Source of the DNA: Squalus acanthias
Lineage: Eukaryota
Assembly (NCBI GenBank): GCA_030390025.1
Contig: CM059432.1
Span: 31,064,001-31,128,000, forward strand
Direction of reading: 5' to 3'
DNA length: 64,000 bases
In this document: one piece after another, positions 25,621 to 39,008 of the stretch
Layout: each line of letters opens with the position of its first letter
Position numbering within the stretch: position 1 is the first letter of the stretch
Program-made: the position numbers and the translations under genes
The notes under the pieces: model-generated
Databases searched by the model: none
What the model was told of the DNA's origin: nothing
The model's input: only the letters and a program-made list of their open reading frames with translations

Positions 25621-26615
25621 TATATTTCCTATGTTACTGTAAGTGGAATGAGTTTGGACTGTATCAACCAGTCCCTGGTGAATATAAATCCATAGCACTG
25701 ACCAGCCAATAATAACTATTTGGCAAACTTAATTGTTGGTTTGGAAGGCAGGAGAACCGAGCATGCCATTCTTCAGAGTATCATGAGGGAGCATGTACAA
25801 TTTATCATCATATCACGTGTTTACAAACAAACAAAAAAAACGTTTGTCAAACTTTTTTCAGGAACATGGTGCCTGTTTAACGTTCAAGGCTTGTAGCTGT
25901 TGAACTGCAAAAAGTCAAAGCTCTAGTTAACGGCTGTGGTAGTGGGAAATGTTTGCACTGGAGAAGAAAAGACTCAGGGAGTGTTGTAACGCAACTGAGG
26001 CCTAAAAATGTGTTTGACATAATCAATAACTCTACAAGAAGAGGGCACAGACTCTAGCTCAGAAGTAGGAAGGTGAACAGAATGTTTAGGTTCAAAAACC
26101 TCACATGAAGGGTTGTGAATATGTGGGACGTACTGCCCAGTGAGACAATGGAAGCTGATGGTGTTGACAAATTCAAGGGGGAACTGGATAGATACTTGGC
26201 AGAAAAAGTGATTGAGAGGAATAAGGAAATAAGTATTGTATGGGATTTTTCTGACTTTGGCACTGGTCTGAAGGACTGCAATAGTCTCTTTTGATTTTTT
26301 ACATTATCATGTTCTATTCCTAGATTGGTAGAAATTGCAGGTGAAGGGAAATGAGTCCAAGGCTCAGAAAGATTGAGATTGAGCCTGATTTGAGATTTTC
26401 TGACAGACGCATCAACTGTCACTCATGGAGAATGAAACTCAGTCATTTTGATTTAGACACCCAACCTAATCCAATATATCTCAATCTGAAATGTGAGCCC
26501 CATTCCTTATGTGTCAATCAGCATGAAATCTGTCTCATTCTTTTTAATTATAACTCTCAGTCATAATTTAGTATCAAATAACAATTTCAGTCAGGAGTAG
26601 ACCATTGGTCCATCT

Positions 26616-28767
26616 ACAACAACAACAACAACAACTTGCATTTATATAGTGCCTTTAACATAGTAAAACGTCCCACAACCCTTCACAGTAGCATAATCAG
26701 ACAAAATTTGATACTGGGTCACATAAGGAGATATTAGACCAAAAGCTTGGTCAAAGAGGTAGGTTTTAAGGAGCTTCTTCAAGGAGGAGAGAGAGGTAGA
26801 GAAGTGGAGAGGTTTAGGGAGGGAATTCCAGAGTTTAGAGCCTAGGCTGTAGCGGGTGGTGGTTTGTGTCAGCTTTACCTCTGACTTCTGAGCGGTTCGA
26901 ATCGCTCCCACTCTCTTGGTTCTAGACCTTGGACTTATTTGGGGGTTGTGACAAAAGGTGCAGCAGACAACTGAGTTTGATGAAAAGAACTTCAATCTTC
27001 ATTCAAAAGGTAAAACACAAATGACAACACTCTTAACACTCTAAAGGTGGGGAACACTTCGGTACAAGCGAGGGAAATGACAGTAGAACAATACTTCACC
27101 CCTCCCAACCCTACTTTACTAGTTAAGTTAGGTTTTGAAGGACCAGGGATAATGCTCACCAATCCTTTGACAGTTGGGCTAAATCGCGGTTTTGGGGTTC
27201 GCTGTTTATGGCGGTTAGTGTCTGCCGTAACCCGAACGCGGTAGAGGACTTCACCTACATCTCTGGTCAGTCTTCGCGAGTCCGCTGATGCGGTAGGGTG
27301 CGTTTTGGATCTATCAGGTGAGTACCCAATTTCCTTTGGTTAGGAGTAGGGTTTAGAGTCTTTTGGTAGAAATCTTACCCAGGGGTAAGTCAGGAGTAGT
27401 TTGTAGTGTGGAAACTTTGCGGTTCTTCGGGTTTTCTTTCCTCGAGTTGGTCTTTGTTGGTCACGGTGGCCTGCTATTACCCGGTCAGTTGGGGGTAATG
27501 TGCGGTTGTTGGTTTCGTGAGACCTTTGGTTTCCGCGATGGCTTTAGGCCTTGTCTAGTGTGTCGGTCGACCTTGTGGAGCCGTCGATGTCTTCTTGGCT
27601 TGTTGCTCTGGGTGACCGTGTTGGGACCATTGTTGGAGGTCTGTCGAGGTGGTATCTTCATGGGCTGGACTCAGGAGTGTCTGAGTGGTGAGCGATGCCG
27701 ACTCGCTTCCAGCTCGGTTTGTCTTCTTCCTGGTTTCTTCTTCTTCTGATGACCACCGACTGCGACTGACTTTGAACTGCTTAACGGGCCTTCAATTATA
27801 CTAAATTGAAGTGGCCTTATCTACCCACCAAATCTACTCAGTTCATTGTCTGGTTTTTGGTGGGCTCGTAAATCGGTAACGACTTACTAGTGCGTTAACT
27901 GGTTTTTTAACAGGCCTTCAATCTCACTCATTGAACATGGCCTTATCTACCTGCCAAATCTACTCAGTTCATTGTCTGGTTTTGGCAGGCCTGTTACCAG
28001 TAACTGCTCTGTAAGTGTCAAATGGCCTTTGGGATGGTTTGCATCCTGTCGATCTCCTTGGTTGATCACTGGTGATTGATTTCGTGTTTTGGGTCTCTAG
28101 GCTGGACTCGGTCTTTTCTATAGAATGGTCCTGAGTGGGTTTTATTATGCATGTTTTCTGATGGGCTCTGTAATCGGTTTGATGGGGCCTGTTATTTTGG
28201 GTGGGACTGTCTTCTCCCAGGGTCTATTGTTCAAATGTTAATGTCTGCTGGGCTTGAGTGGGGTCATCCCGGTTCCCCAGACAGTGCAATTAACTGCAAT
28301 AACCAAAACTGCTTTTACAGAGGTCGAACCCATCTCCTGTCCCTTTACAGGCCCAGACATAGTTTTAAAATGCCAAAACTTGGTTTTTGGTCTTAAATTC
28401 CTTAGGTTAGGCCCAAATGCATTTTTATCACTCTGAGGTAGTTCCAAAGTCCTTTTTCCTTAGGTTTTGGGATCTGTAAAATTTTGGAAACCTTACAGGC
28501 AATTGAAGGTATGTCCGCCAATGGTTGCGCGATGAAAATCAGGGATGTTCAAGAGGCCAGAATTTGAGGAGCGCAGAGATCTTGGAGGGCTATAGGGCTG
28601 GAGTAGGTTATAGTGATAGTGAAGGGCAAGGCCATGGAGGGATTTGAAGACAAGGATGAGAATTTTTAAATTGAGGCATTGCCGGACCAGGAGCCAATGT
28701 AGGTCAGCGAGCACAGGGGCGATGGGTGAACGGGACTTGGTGCGAGTTAGGACACGGGCCGCAGAGT
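26616..28767 (-). mobile_element. L2-clade LINE 3' fragment split by an LTR-like insert
   Basis: (CAA)n tail, KTYLFDQAF (26642-26847) and PVLADLHWL..FKSLHGLA (28498-28767). Confidence 0.85.
26848..28497. mobile_element. Solo LTR-like insert, 1650 bp
   Basis: TGTAG...TTACA termini, flanked by GGC/GGC (or AGGC overlapping the terminal A); cleanly interrupts the L2; internal ~100-bp direct duplication at ~27780-28000; no coding domain. Confidence 0.65.
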
Positions 28768-30221
28768 TCCCATTCAACTTCCCACCAGTTTACCTCGATC
28801 CATTTCCAAATCTAATAACCCTGAATCCTCTGTGCTGGCAGCAACTTGTCTAGTCTTGTTTTGAACCATGTCATGGTTTCATGTTCCCACCACCCTTGCT
28901 GATAGTCTGTTCCACATGTTTGTTGCCCTTTACTGAAAAAGAAACTGCCTGGATTTCTCATTTTCCTTTGTTGCCCTTAATTTGAAATCAGCACTGCATT
29001 GTCTTGAATTTCGTACCGGTCAGAAAGCTCATCTGAATCCACATTCTCTAAACCTCTCATAATTGTAAATACTTCTATCAAATCACCCCACAGTCTTCTC
29101 AAGAGACAAAAGTCCCAAGGTAGCTAACCTCTCCTAATAGGTCTGTCCCCATTGGTCAGCCAGGTGTCTGACACGCACAGCAACCCACCATCATGTTCAA
29201 GAGTCTCCAAATCAAACTACTGAGAAATGTATACCCAACTGTAGGGTTTCTGTTTGTCCAGTATGGAGTGCACACTATGGGAGCACATCCCACTTACCCA
29301 ATTCCAGAGAACATAGGTGCAGGTTGGCAGACCCAAGGCTTAGGGACTCCTGAGTGTGAACAAGGATACTTGCTGGACTTTAACCAGCTATGAAAAATAT
29401 GCAACTTTTCAGAGCTACTACCCTCTGATTGTCCACCTACCCACTGGGGCACTGGCTTGCGGGGTTAACTGGAGCCAATTGGGGAAAAATCCGAGCCCCC
29501 TGGGAGATCTGTTGTTCCAAGTTCCATTAGTGAGCCAGACAGCTGGACAATCATTAACTGTGCTCTGGAGTACTGCGGATCTTCTTGTTTCGGTAATTGC
29601 ATTACCGAGTATGCAACAGAGGGTACGTTTGGTTATGAGCTTCCATCACCAGGCATGTCATCTTGGAGCCACCTCAACCCTAAGGAGATCCTGCTTATCT
29701 TTTATGGCTCCCAAAAGTAGATCGTCACTACTTGGTCGTTGACAAGTACAGTTTTGAGCCTTTGCTAGGTGGCAGCGGTAACCACAAGCTCCTCATGAGT
29801 AGCTTGATGAGCACCACATCTCACCATAAAATGTGTAAGTGCATTGCCACTATCACCTGACCACAGCATGATGCACACCATATCCCATTGAATGATGGTT
29901 CTACCAGTTGGAGGTGTGATGCTTCTGATACATCTGTTTGCCTCTTTACAACTCAGTCCTGATAGGCATTGTGCCCTGGATATATGAATACGTAATCTTA
30001 TGCTCCACCTCCAAGTAATGCCTTCCATTCATTATTGTCCTAATTTTCAGTGTTTCCTTGTCAGCTTTACAATAGGCATCTGAATTCAGCATGGTGAAAG
30101 TATCTAAACAAGGACTTGTGTTGTGCCAGTCACCTTGTTGTTCTAGACATACAGTGCCACATACTAGGCTTATTCATCACCAGCTGCTTCCTCCATGTCT
30201 TTTGGAAAAGAGGCATACCTG

Positions 30222-30485
30222 CCATGCACGGGAACACTATCACCTTCAAGTTCCCCTCCAAGTCACGCACCATCCTGACTTGGACATATATTGCTGTTCC
30301 TTCATCGTCACTGGGTCAAACTCCTGGAATTCCTTACCTAATAGCATTGTTGGAGCACTTTCACCACATGGACTGCAGCTATTCAAGAAAAGGTCCACCA
30401 CCACCTTCTCTGGACTATCAAAGATGGGCAATAAATGCTGACCTTGCTACCGATGCCTTAATCCTGAAGAATTATTAAAAAAAAG
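30222..30485 (+). mobile_element. LINE family B 3' end, diverged
   Basis: Similar to 10160-10420, with A-tail. Confidence 0.8.
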
Positions 30486-30674
30486 GTTGATTCTCTCTGC
30501 AGCGTACTTAGCAACAGATAGATCCAGGCTAAAGCTTTCCCTTTTTACCACACGTCCATCTCATAGCTTGGCCCTCGATCTCGCACATGAGGTGGAGGAA
30601 ACCCTTCGCTGGAGCTCCAAACCATGAAGGAGAACTATTTGAGCACATGTATTATACACCACATGCTTAACCAG

Positions 30675-31001
30675 TGACTTGAACACAAATTCTAGGCTGA
30701 CACTCCAGTGCATTACTGAGGGAATGCTGCACTGTCAGAGATGCTGTCTTTCGGATGGTCATTAAATGGAGGCCCTGTCTGCACTCTCATTTGGATGTAA
30801 AAGATCCCATGGCACTGTTTGAAGAAGAGCACAGGAGTTCTCCCCGGTGTTCTGGCCAATATTTATCCCTGAACCAACATCACTAAAACAGATTATCTGG
30901 TCACAATAGTGACTACACTTCAAAAGTACTTTATTGGCTCTAAACCGCATTTGGACATCCTGAGGCCGTGAAAGGCGCTACATAAATGCAAGTTCTTTCT
31001 T
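30675..31001 (+). mobile_element. Deu-domain SINE
   Basis: CTAGGCTGACACTCCAGTGCA..AAAGATCCCATGGCAC..ATAAATGCAAG. Confidence 0.75.
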
Positions 31002-31920
31002 TAATCTAATACCAAGCCCAACAATGGACAAGCTTGCCCCACTCCTCATTCGAGAAAGATAGGCTCTGTAGATTTACTCCAGTAATCCTCCTCTATGCTG
31101 TTGCCAATGAATTTAATATTTCATAAACAGATCCCCAATGTATCTTACCACCTTTTAGAAAAGAGGAAGCAGAGAAGTGACCTTTGTTTGTGCAGGGAAG
31201 AGAGGATGTGAGTGGAAGCAGGAATGGTAAAAGGCTGAACATTGAAGAAAGGAGCCATGTGATGTTTTGAGGGCTAAGTGAGATCCAAGTGGTTGTCATG
31301 GGCCTGCATGAATCTTGTAGATTAAACTAAAATAGAGTGATGAATATTTCAGTGTTATTCATTCTGTTCTAGCTATTACTGTAGGTTTATTTTTATCTTT
31401 TTGTTTTATAAATGTTCTGCTCCCTAAGGTGAGCGATATTAGTGCTGAGGAATAGAATTCTTTCAGTTACCCAGTATCACAGCACTACATCCAGGTTAGA
31501 CCCAAAGTAAAGGTCTCTTCCAACAATATGCCCCACCATCAGGAGATTAGTGCCATCCGACTATATTTTCAATTTTCTATACCATGCCACTCTGTGGTGT
31601 CTCTGAATAAACATAACAGAAGTTCGATTACGTAGCACCCGTTGTTTGGGCGCTACGGGTCCCATTTTGTGTCGAGCAGCGCACGCACAATTTTGATGCA
31701 GGCCACGCTGGCCGCTATCTTGGTGAGGGCAGCAGCATTGGTGCTGGGAGCTTGCAGCAGAAGTATGTAGAGTAGGCAGATGATGACGTCAATCAGCGTG
31801 CAACGCTGACTTGATGCCAGAGCTGCCATTTTTGTTCTCAATGCTGGAAGTAACACCCTGTATTAACTTTGCACAGCTGACTATGCGTTCAGCAGTTGCA
31901 TGGACCCCCCTACCAGCGAC

Positions 31921-33730
31921 AGAACTAGCAAGGGGACATGCCATATTAGATTTAGTAATGAGTAATGAGCCAGATTTAGTTAACTGCCTAACATGCTCGA
32001 GTTTAAAGTAGCGTTTGAAAGGGTGAAACGGAAAGCAGCTACTCGGATTCTAGATTTAAGTAAGGCCGACTTCAATGCAATAAGACAGAGACTGTCCACA
32101 GTAAACTGGGCAAATCTGTTAATGAGTAAAACAACAGAAAATCGGTGGGAGGTGTTCAAAAAAGAATTTAATGTGATACAGAACCAGTTGATACCCCTCA
32201 GGGGCAAGAGCTCTATTTGCCAAAAAAAACAGCTATGGATGTCTAAAGAGTTAAGAGACAACATAAAACTAAAAGAAAAAGCTTACAAAAATGGAAAAAA
32301 TAGCACGGATCCTGGTGAATGGGAAAGAGACAAAGAACAACAAAGGGTGACAAAGCAAATAGTAAGAGCTACAAAAAGGGATTATGAAAAGAAACTTGCA
32401 AGGGATATCAAAATCAACACTAATTTTTTTTACAACAATATTAGGAAAAAGAGGGCAGGGGATGTTATTTATACGGACTTCCAGAAGGCATTTGGTAAAG
32501 TCCCTCATAAGAGATTGTTGGCTAAAGTTGAAGCCCATGGAATTGAGGGCATATTATTGACCTAGTTAGGAAATTGACTGAGCGGCAGGAGACAGAGAGT
32601 AGGGATAATGGGCAGGTACTCTAATTGGCAGGATGTGACTAGTGGTGTCCCGCAAGGATCTGTGTTGGGGCCTCAACTAGTCACCGTATTTATTAATGAC
32701 TTGGATGATGGGATAGAAAGCCACATATCCAAATTTGCCGATGACACAAAGATAAACAGTATTGTAAGCAGTGTAGATGGAAGCATAAAATTACAAAGAG
32801 ATATTGATAGATTAAGCGAATGGGAAAAACTGTGGCAAATGGATTTCAATGATCTATGTACCTGGACCCCTAAGTCTCTTTGGACCTCCACTGGTAAATG
32901 TGAGGTCATCCACTCTGGACCAAAAAAAGATAGAACAGGGTACTTTCTAAATGGTGAAAAGCTAAAAACAGTGGAGGTCCAAAGAGACATAGGGGTCCAG
33001 GTACATAGATCATTACAATCTATAATGATCTATGTACAGGGACACCTATGTCTCTTTGGGGGTCCAGAAAATAATCAAAAAGGCTAATGGAATGCTGGCC
33101 TTTATATCTAGAGGACTAGAAGACAAGGGGGTAGGAGTCATGCTTCAGCTATACAAAGCCCTTGTTAGACCACACCTGGAGTATTGTGAGCAGTTCTGGG
33201 TACCACACCTTAGGAAGGATATATTGGCCTTGTTGGGAGTGCAGCGTAGGTTTACCAGAATGATACCCGGACTCCAAAGGTTAAATTATGAGGAGAGATT
33301 ACACAAACTAGGGTTGCATTCCCTGGAATTTAGAAGGTTAAGGGGTGATTAGATCAAAGTTTTCAAGATATTAAGGGAAACAGATAGGGTAGATAGAGAG
33401 AAACTATTTCTGCTGGTTGGGGAGTCTAGGACTAGGGGGGCAGTCTAAAAATTAGAGCCAGACCTTTCAGGACTGAAATTAGGAAACACTTCTACACACA
33501 AAGGGTGGTAGATGTTGGGAACTCTCTTCCGCAAATGGCAATTGATGCTAGATCAATTGTTAATTTAAAATCTGAGATTGATAGATTTTTGTTAATCAAA
33601 GGTATTAAGGGATATGGGGCAAAGGCAGGTATACGGAGTTAGGTCGCAGATCAGCCATGATCTCATTGAATGGTGGAACAGGCTCGAGGGGTAAATAGTC
33701 TACTCCTGTTCCTATTTTCCAGTGTTCCTA
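31921..33730 (+). mobile_element. CR1 LINE, internally deleted and rearranged, nested in the Harbinger
   Basis: [39 protein letters not shown] and CR1 3' tail. Confidence 0.9.
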
Positions 33731-33921
33731 CATAAAGGGATCATCAACCACTCTCAGGTCAATTGCTGATTAATTTCTACTGGCTCTGTGTAAGTTAATG
33801 GAAGAGTTTCGAGCTTTCCAGAGTTGTTTAAAGTTGGTGAGGTGACAGGGAGTGGTGCTGCAAGTGGAGAAGGCCTTGCTTCTGACTTCAAGGATTCTGG
33901 TCAGACCTCTTACTTCCAGTC

Positions 33922-35125
33922 ATGGATGCTCTAGTTTTCATCCCCCTTGGCCTGCAGCATGACAGGGAGATGGAGCAGAGGCAGATAAGAAGAGAACAAG
34001 CTGCTCATAGAGAGAGGAGGAGGATGGAGAGAAGGGCTCTCAGCATGAGGCCCTACCCACCTAGGGTCTTCCGAGAGCAATTCTCTTATTTCAGCCTGGG
34101 TCGGGAGCAGTGTGTGAGGCGTCTGTGCTTTACGAATGAGATGCTCACAGAACTCTGCCACCTCTTGCAACCAGACCTGCAGCCTCACACCAGGGCAAGG
34201 ACAGCGCTGCCAATGGCTGTGAAGGTGACCGTGGCCCTGAATTTCTTCACATTGGGATCCTTCCATGCTGGAGCAGGCGACATCTGTAACATTTCCCAGT
34301 TCGCTGTCGACTGCTGCATAAGAGAGGTGACAGAAGCTCTTTATGCCAGGGGAGTGGACTTCATTGTCTTCTCTCTGACGAGAGAGAAGCAGGTGGTGTG
34401 TGCATGTGACTGTGCCAGGATAGCGTGCTTCCCCATGGGGCAGGGCACCATCGACTGCATGCATGTGGCTTTGCGGGCACCGTCTCTAAATGCTGAGATG
34501 TACCGCAACCGCAAAGGTTACCACTCACAGAATGTGCAGCTGGTACGCGACCATGCTCAGCACATCATGATGGTGAATGCCCAGTATCCTGGCAACAGTC
34601 ATGATGCTTTTATTCTGTGCCAGTCTGCTGTTCCCTCAGTCTTTGAGCCACCAAGACAAACCAAAGGCTGGCTACTGAGCGACAAGAGCCATCCACCGAT
34701 CACCTGGCTCATGACTCCACTCCGCAACCCAACCACGTGTGGGCAGCATGCATACAATGAGAGCCATGCTGCTACACAGAATCTGATAGAGCAGGCCATT
34801 GGCGTCCTGAAACAACGCTTCCACTGATTGGACCGCTCTGGAGGAGCCCTGCAGCACTCACCAGAGCACGTCTCAAGATTCGTTGTAGTCTGCTGCATGC
34901 TCCACAATCTCTCCCATCATGAGGGCACAGCCTTTGCCACCAGGCATACGGCGACCAGCTGAGGAGGAAGAGGAGGAGGAGGAGGAGGCGGAAGAGGAGG
35001 AGGTGGAAGAGGAGGAAGCAAAAGAGGAGGAAGCGGAAGGGAGGAGGCAACCCAGACAGCCCCTTTCTACCTGGGCTGTCTGCGATCATCCAACTGTGGT
35101 ACGAGTGAATGCAATTCCCCAATAA
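33922..35125 (+). pseudogene. Harbinger (HARBI1-like) DDE transposase with premature stop at 34825-34827 and acidic tail
   Basis: GTIDCMH, YRNRKGYHSQNVQ, YPGNSHDAFIL, WLLSDK, YNESH..LIEQAIGVLKQRF, then *LDRSGG..CCMLHN and poly-Glu. Confidence 0.9.
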
Positions 35126-35274
35126 ACAATAGTCCCACACCTTACCTTCCCTCTGTTACTGACCATCACATTGTCCTCTTGGCCACTATGCTGAAATAAT
35201 AGCCACCACAAAAGGAACATTCCAATCCAACTTTTAACTATCAATCCATCCAGTATAACCTAATAAAGTCAACT

Positions 35275-36300
35275 ACTCACCCTTATGCATTTCCTTAGTG
35301 CCTTTCGTCAGTGTGCCTTTGCCTGTCCTAGTGCTCCTACGAAGTGCTACTTCAGTATGGGCGGCAGCAGTCTGGGCTGGCTGGCTGACAGGAAACAGCA
35401 AGGGCACTGTGGTGGGAGGACAAATGCTGTCATCCCGAGAGGACAGCAGGTTCGTCCTCCACGCAGCCACTGCCACTGCCCTGGGGAGGCACCTCAGCAT
35501 TCCTAGCCATCTGTTGGAGGACACATTGCTGGACTGCTGTGACACCCTGCAAGCCCTTTTCCACACTGGTAAACCCAGCCACGGCAGTCTGAGCTAGCAT
35601 GATTTCAGTCTGAGCTTCCAGCGCAGCACTCAGACATAGGGTGGCCTGTGCTTGTGCTGCAAAGGAAGCTGAGACATTAGCCATCATACGCCACTGGCCA
35701 CGGGCTCAGCCATGCCAAAAATTGCCAGCACGTCTCCTCTAAAGGGGTGAGGTAATGTAGGCGAACCTATCTTTCTGCTGGGTAGGTCCTGCTGACGCCG
35801 GTTATGTACCACCTTTTCCTGCAAGAGAAAGGGAAGTGTGTCAGTGAGTGTGGTGCAATGTATTTGGGTGGTGTGCCTGTCATGGTTAAATAGCTTGCAG
35901 CAGTGGTAAGTGTGTGAGGGTGAGGTGAAGCTACGAATGTGAGGTATGAATCATGTTTGGTAGAGATTGTTGGTAAGTGAGTGATGGGGGTGTGGTGCAT
36001 TGAGCAGTGTGTGAGGATAGTGGTGCAGATAGTGGGATATGGCATTTGAAGATGAATTCACTGACCTTGACCACTCGTGTGATGTCATTAAACTTCTTTC
36101 TGCACTGTGTCCATGTCCTTGGGGCAACAATGCTGGCATTCACCACATTGGCTATCTGCTCCCATTGCACTTTTATTTGTTGCCTGGAGGGCCCCCTGTG
36201 GAAAGAAGACCTCTCTTCTCCAATTGACCTGCTGCACCAAGGCCTCCAGTGCTACATCGGAGAACCTTGGTGCACGCTCTCTCCTCTGTTGTGTTAATAG
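35275..36300 (-). pseudogene. Harbinger Myb/SANT-like DNA-binding protein gene remnants (spliced)
   Basis: RAPRFSDVALEALVQQV...WEQIANVVNA..RTWTQCRKKFNDITRVVK followed by GTCAGT donor (~36064) and TTGCAG acceptor (~35820) into EKVVHNRRQQ. Confidence 0.8.
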
Positions 36301-38794
36301 ATTTTTCCCTCTTTCTTCCCCAACCAGTTCAATGATCTGCTGCAGGCAGAATGCACCTCCCCTTTAAGATGTGCAGACTGCCTTTAAGTAGTGCAGGCTA
36401 GCTTTAATTGGTGCTAGCCTCGCACAAACTTGGGCCCCCTGCTGAGCGTTCAGCCCAATGCTGGGCTGAACGCCACAATCATGCCAATCAGCAGACAGCA
36501 TGAAGTTCGCGTGCTGCCTGCAGTCCACCGAACGGGCGCGGTTTGCTAGCGCATCACGATCCCCGTCCCAATTTCGGTGGCAAACCAATTTCTGGGCCAG
36601 CATATTGCAGGGGCACATTGCCCTCTGTGCCCAAACTCCCAATATGCATACTCCGTAATTATTAATCATGGGAGTTCTGCGTAACTGTAAAAGATGAGAC
36701 TCGATTAGTACAACAAGTTCACTGAAGGTTAAAATCGTGACAGTGCCAAAATCATGAGCTGTTAAACTTTCCTGGTATTTTAAAAATCCAGATTTGGGGA
36801 GAAGCAAATTCAAAAATGTGGAGAAAAGGAGAGTTGATGGAGTTGAGGTACAGACCAGCCATGATCTAATAGGATGGTGGAAAAGACTGAATGGGCTATT
36901 CCAGGTCCTATGTTCCAAATCAGAAGTTTATGGGTTCAAGTCCCACTGCAGCACTTGAGCATACAATCCAGGCTGGCACTTCAATGTAATACTGAGAATA
37001 CTGTGTCTCGGCAGACTGCCAAAAATGGCTCCAAAAGTTATTCCCAGTTGCTGTAAATGGTACTTGGATTTTCCATACACCTCAGTCTCACAAACTCCTC
37101 ACTTCTGCCTGTCTCATCTAATCCTGGCAGCAGCTGTACCTTATAATTCAGTGTCTGCCTTACCCCTTGTGTACTGTGAGCGTAAAAGCAGGAAATTCAG
37201 GGGTGCAGTGCCATTGGCCCTTATTATAATATATCGTAATGAAATAAAATATCGTCATTCGGGACTCACAACATGGATTGCGAAAAGGGCCAAATTGCAT
37301 TAGGAAACTCGGGGTGTGGGGACGGATTTTGGGTGTAAATCTGGAGGAAATAGGTACCATGCCATTTTGCTGTCCAAAATAAAAAGAGTTCCAAAGTTTG
37401 CACAGAAAAATGCCAAAGATGACGTGGAAATTCAGCACCAATCTATCTTTGATGGCATTGACTGAGGGAAGAGTGCTGACCAGGGTGTCCTAGTCTTTTT
37501 CGAATAGTGCTAAGGGATTTTTTACATCCAACTGAACAGGCAAAAGGGCCTCAGTTTAGCACTTCGTCCAAAATTCTACATGCCTGGCAATACACCACTC
37601 CCTCAGTGCTGCATTGAAGTGCCAGCCTGGATTATATGCTCAGATCTTGCAGTGGAGCCTTTTCCACCAATCTATTAGATCATGGCTGCTCTGCACCTCA
37701 ACTCTATTTATCCGCCTTTTGTCCCTATCCCTTGATGTCCTTACCCAACAGAAATCTGTTGATCTCAGTCTTGAAAACTTCAATTCAGGTGGAAGCACTA
37801 CAAACTGACAGAAGCTGACATAATTCTGCATGAAAAAGAGAGCAGAGCATGAATTATTTGAACTGCAAGTTTCAGAAATAACTCTTAAGTAGGTAAGCTG
37901 AAAGTGGTTAAGCTACTCATTCCATATCTACTAATGCTGTGTGGGCTAATGCCTGCCAATGAGTTTGTCACTTCTTGACTAGACAGTTGACAGAGCAGTG
38001 CTTATATAGACTCTCAACTATTTAAAGCTGTGGTACCTCTACAATAAATTGTTATAATTTGAAAATTTTAGAGCAGCAAAGTGTGAGTTTGTGTTGTGTG
38101 TGTGTGTGTGTTGTTGTGTTAACATCCAGGGTCAATTAGCCTGCCAACACTCGAGGGTAAATCTTATGATTGCTCGTTTCTGGCATGGAGCCTCACATAT
38201 CAGGACTCACACATGAGATCGCTGCGATTTTCTACCCATTAAAATTAATGAACTGGAAATCTTGAAGAGCGTGCCCAAGATTTCCCGATAATCGCTCCTC
38301 TCATTGAGGCCCTGCATCAGAAGGACGAATTTTGTAAACTTTATCCTTCCCTTTCTCGGCCCACACTTGAAGAATGCCATTTAGACAAGGCACCTTTGGG
38401 AAACTGGAGGAAAAGGCAACCATTGGAATAAGGATAGAGCATTTAAACCATTTAGCCCTTTTCCTTCTGCCGACCATGCCCCATTTGTCATCTCATGGAC
38501 TCTTTCTAACATTTTTTAAACTCCTAAGGACAGATTCTGCAAAGGAGTCAAATCTCCGGAAAACAATCGAATTTTACACACAAGGCCGATCCCAAGTGTT
38601 CGAGGTCTGAGTTGAAAGGAAAGACTGAAAAAACATGTTTTCAGCCTGTAAAGGAAGCATCTTAGAGGTGACCTTATAGAGATATTTAAGATAGTTAAAG
38701 GAATGAAAAAGGTAAATCTGAAATATTATTTTTAATTAAATTACACAAGTAAGACAAGGGGACATGGTTTTAGACTAATTAAAGGAAAATTTAA

Positions 38795-39008
38795 AATAAA
38801 AACAGAAAATGCTGGAAATACTCAGCAGGTCAGACAACATCTGTGGAGAGAGAAACAGAGTTAACGTTTCAGGTTGATGACCTTCAATCATTGACCTGAA
38901 ACGTTAACTCTGTTTCTCTCTCCACAGATGCTGTCTGACCTGCTGAGTATTTCCAGCATTTTCTGTTTTTATTTCAGATTTCCAGCATCTGCAGTATTTT
39001 ACTTTTAT
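38795..39008. mobile_element. 214-bp hairpin-forming non-autonomous retro-insertion, probably derived from Penelope-type termini; 17-bp TSD
   Basis: TSD ATTAAAGGAAAATTTAA (38778-38794, 39009-39025); arms ~38794-38880 and ~38888-38974; GACCTGAAACGTTAAC in both arms; inserted in an old CR1 fragment (~38660-39110). Confidence 0.8.

Larger units (their letters stand above)
31618..36598. mobile_element. Decayed autonomous-type PIF/Harbinger transposon (transposase +, Myb/SANT gene -), with a nested CR1
   Basis: Convergent two-gene layout; right end AATTTCTGGGCC resembles the MITE family X TIR; left end degenerate and approximate. Confidence 0.75.

Noticed and set aside
33922..34827. Domesticated HARBI1 gene
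   Set aside because: In-frame stop before the conserved C-terminal motif, degenerate residues and transposon context with a Myb/SANT partner
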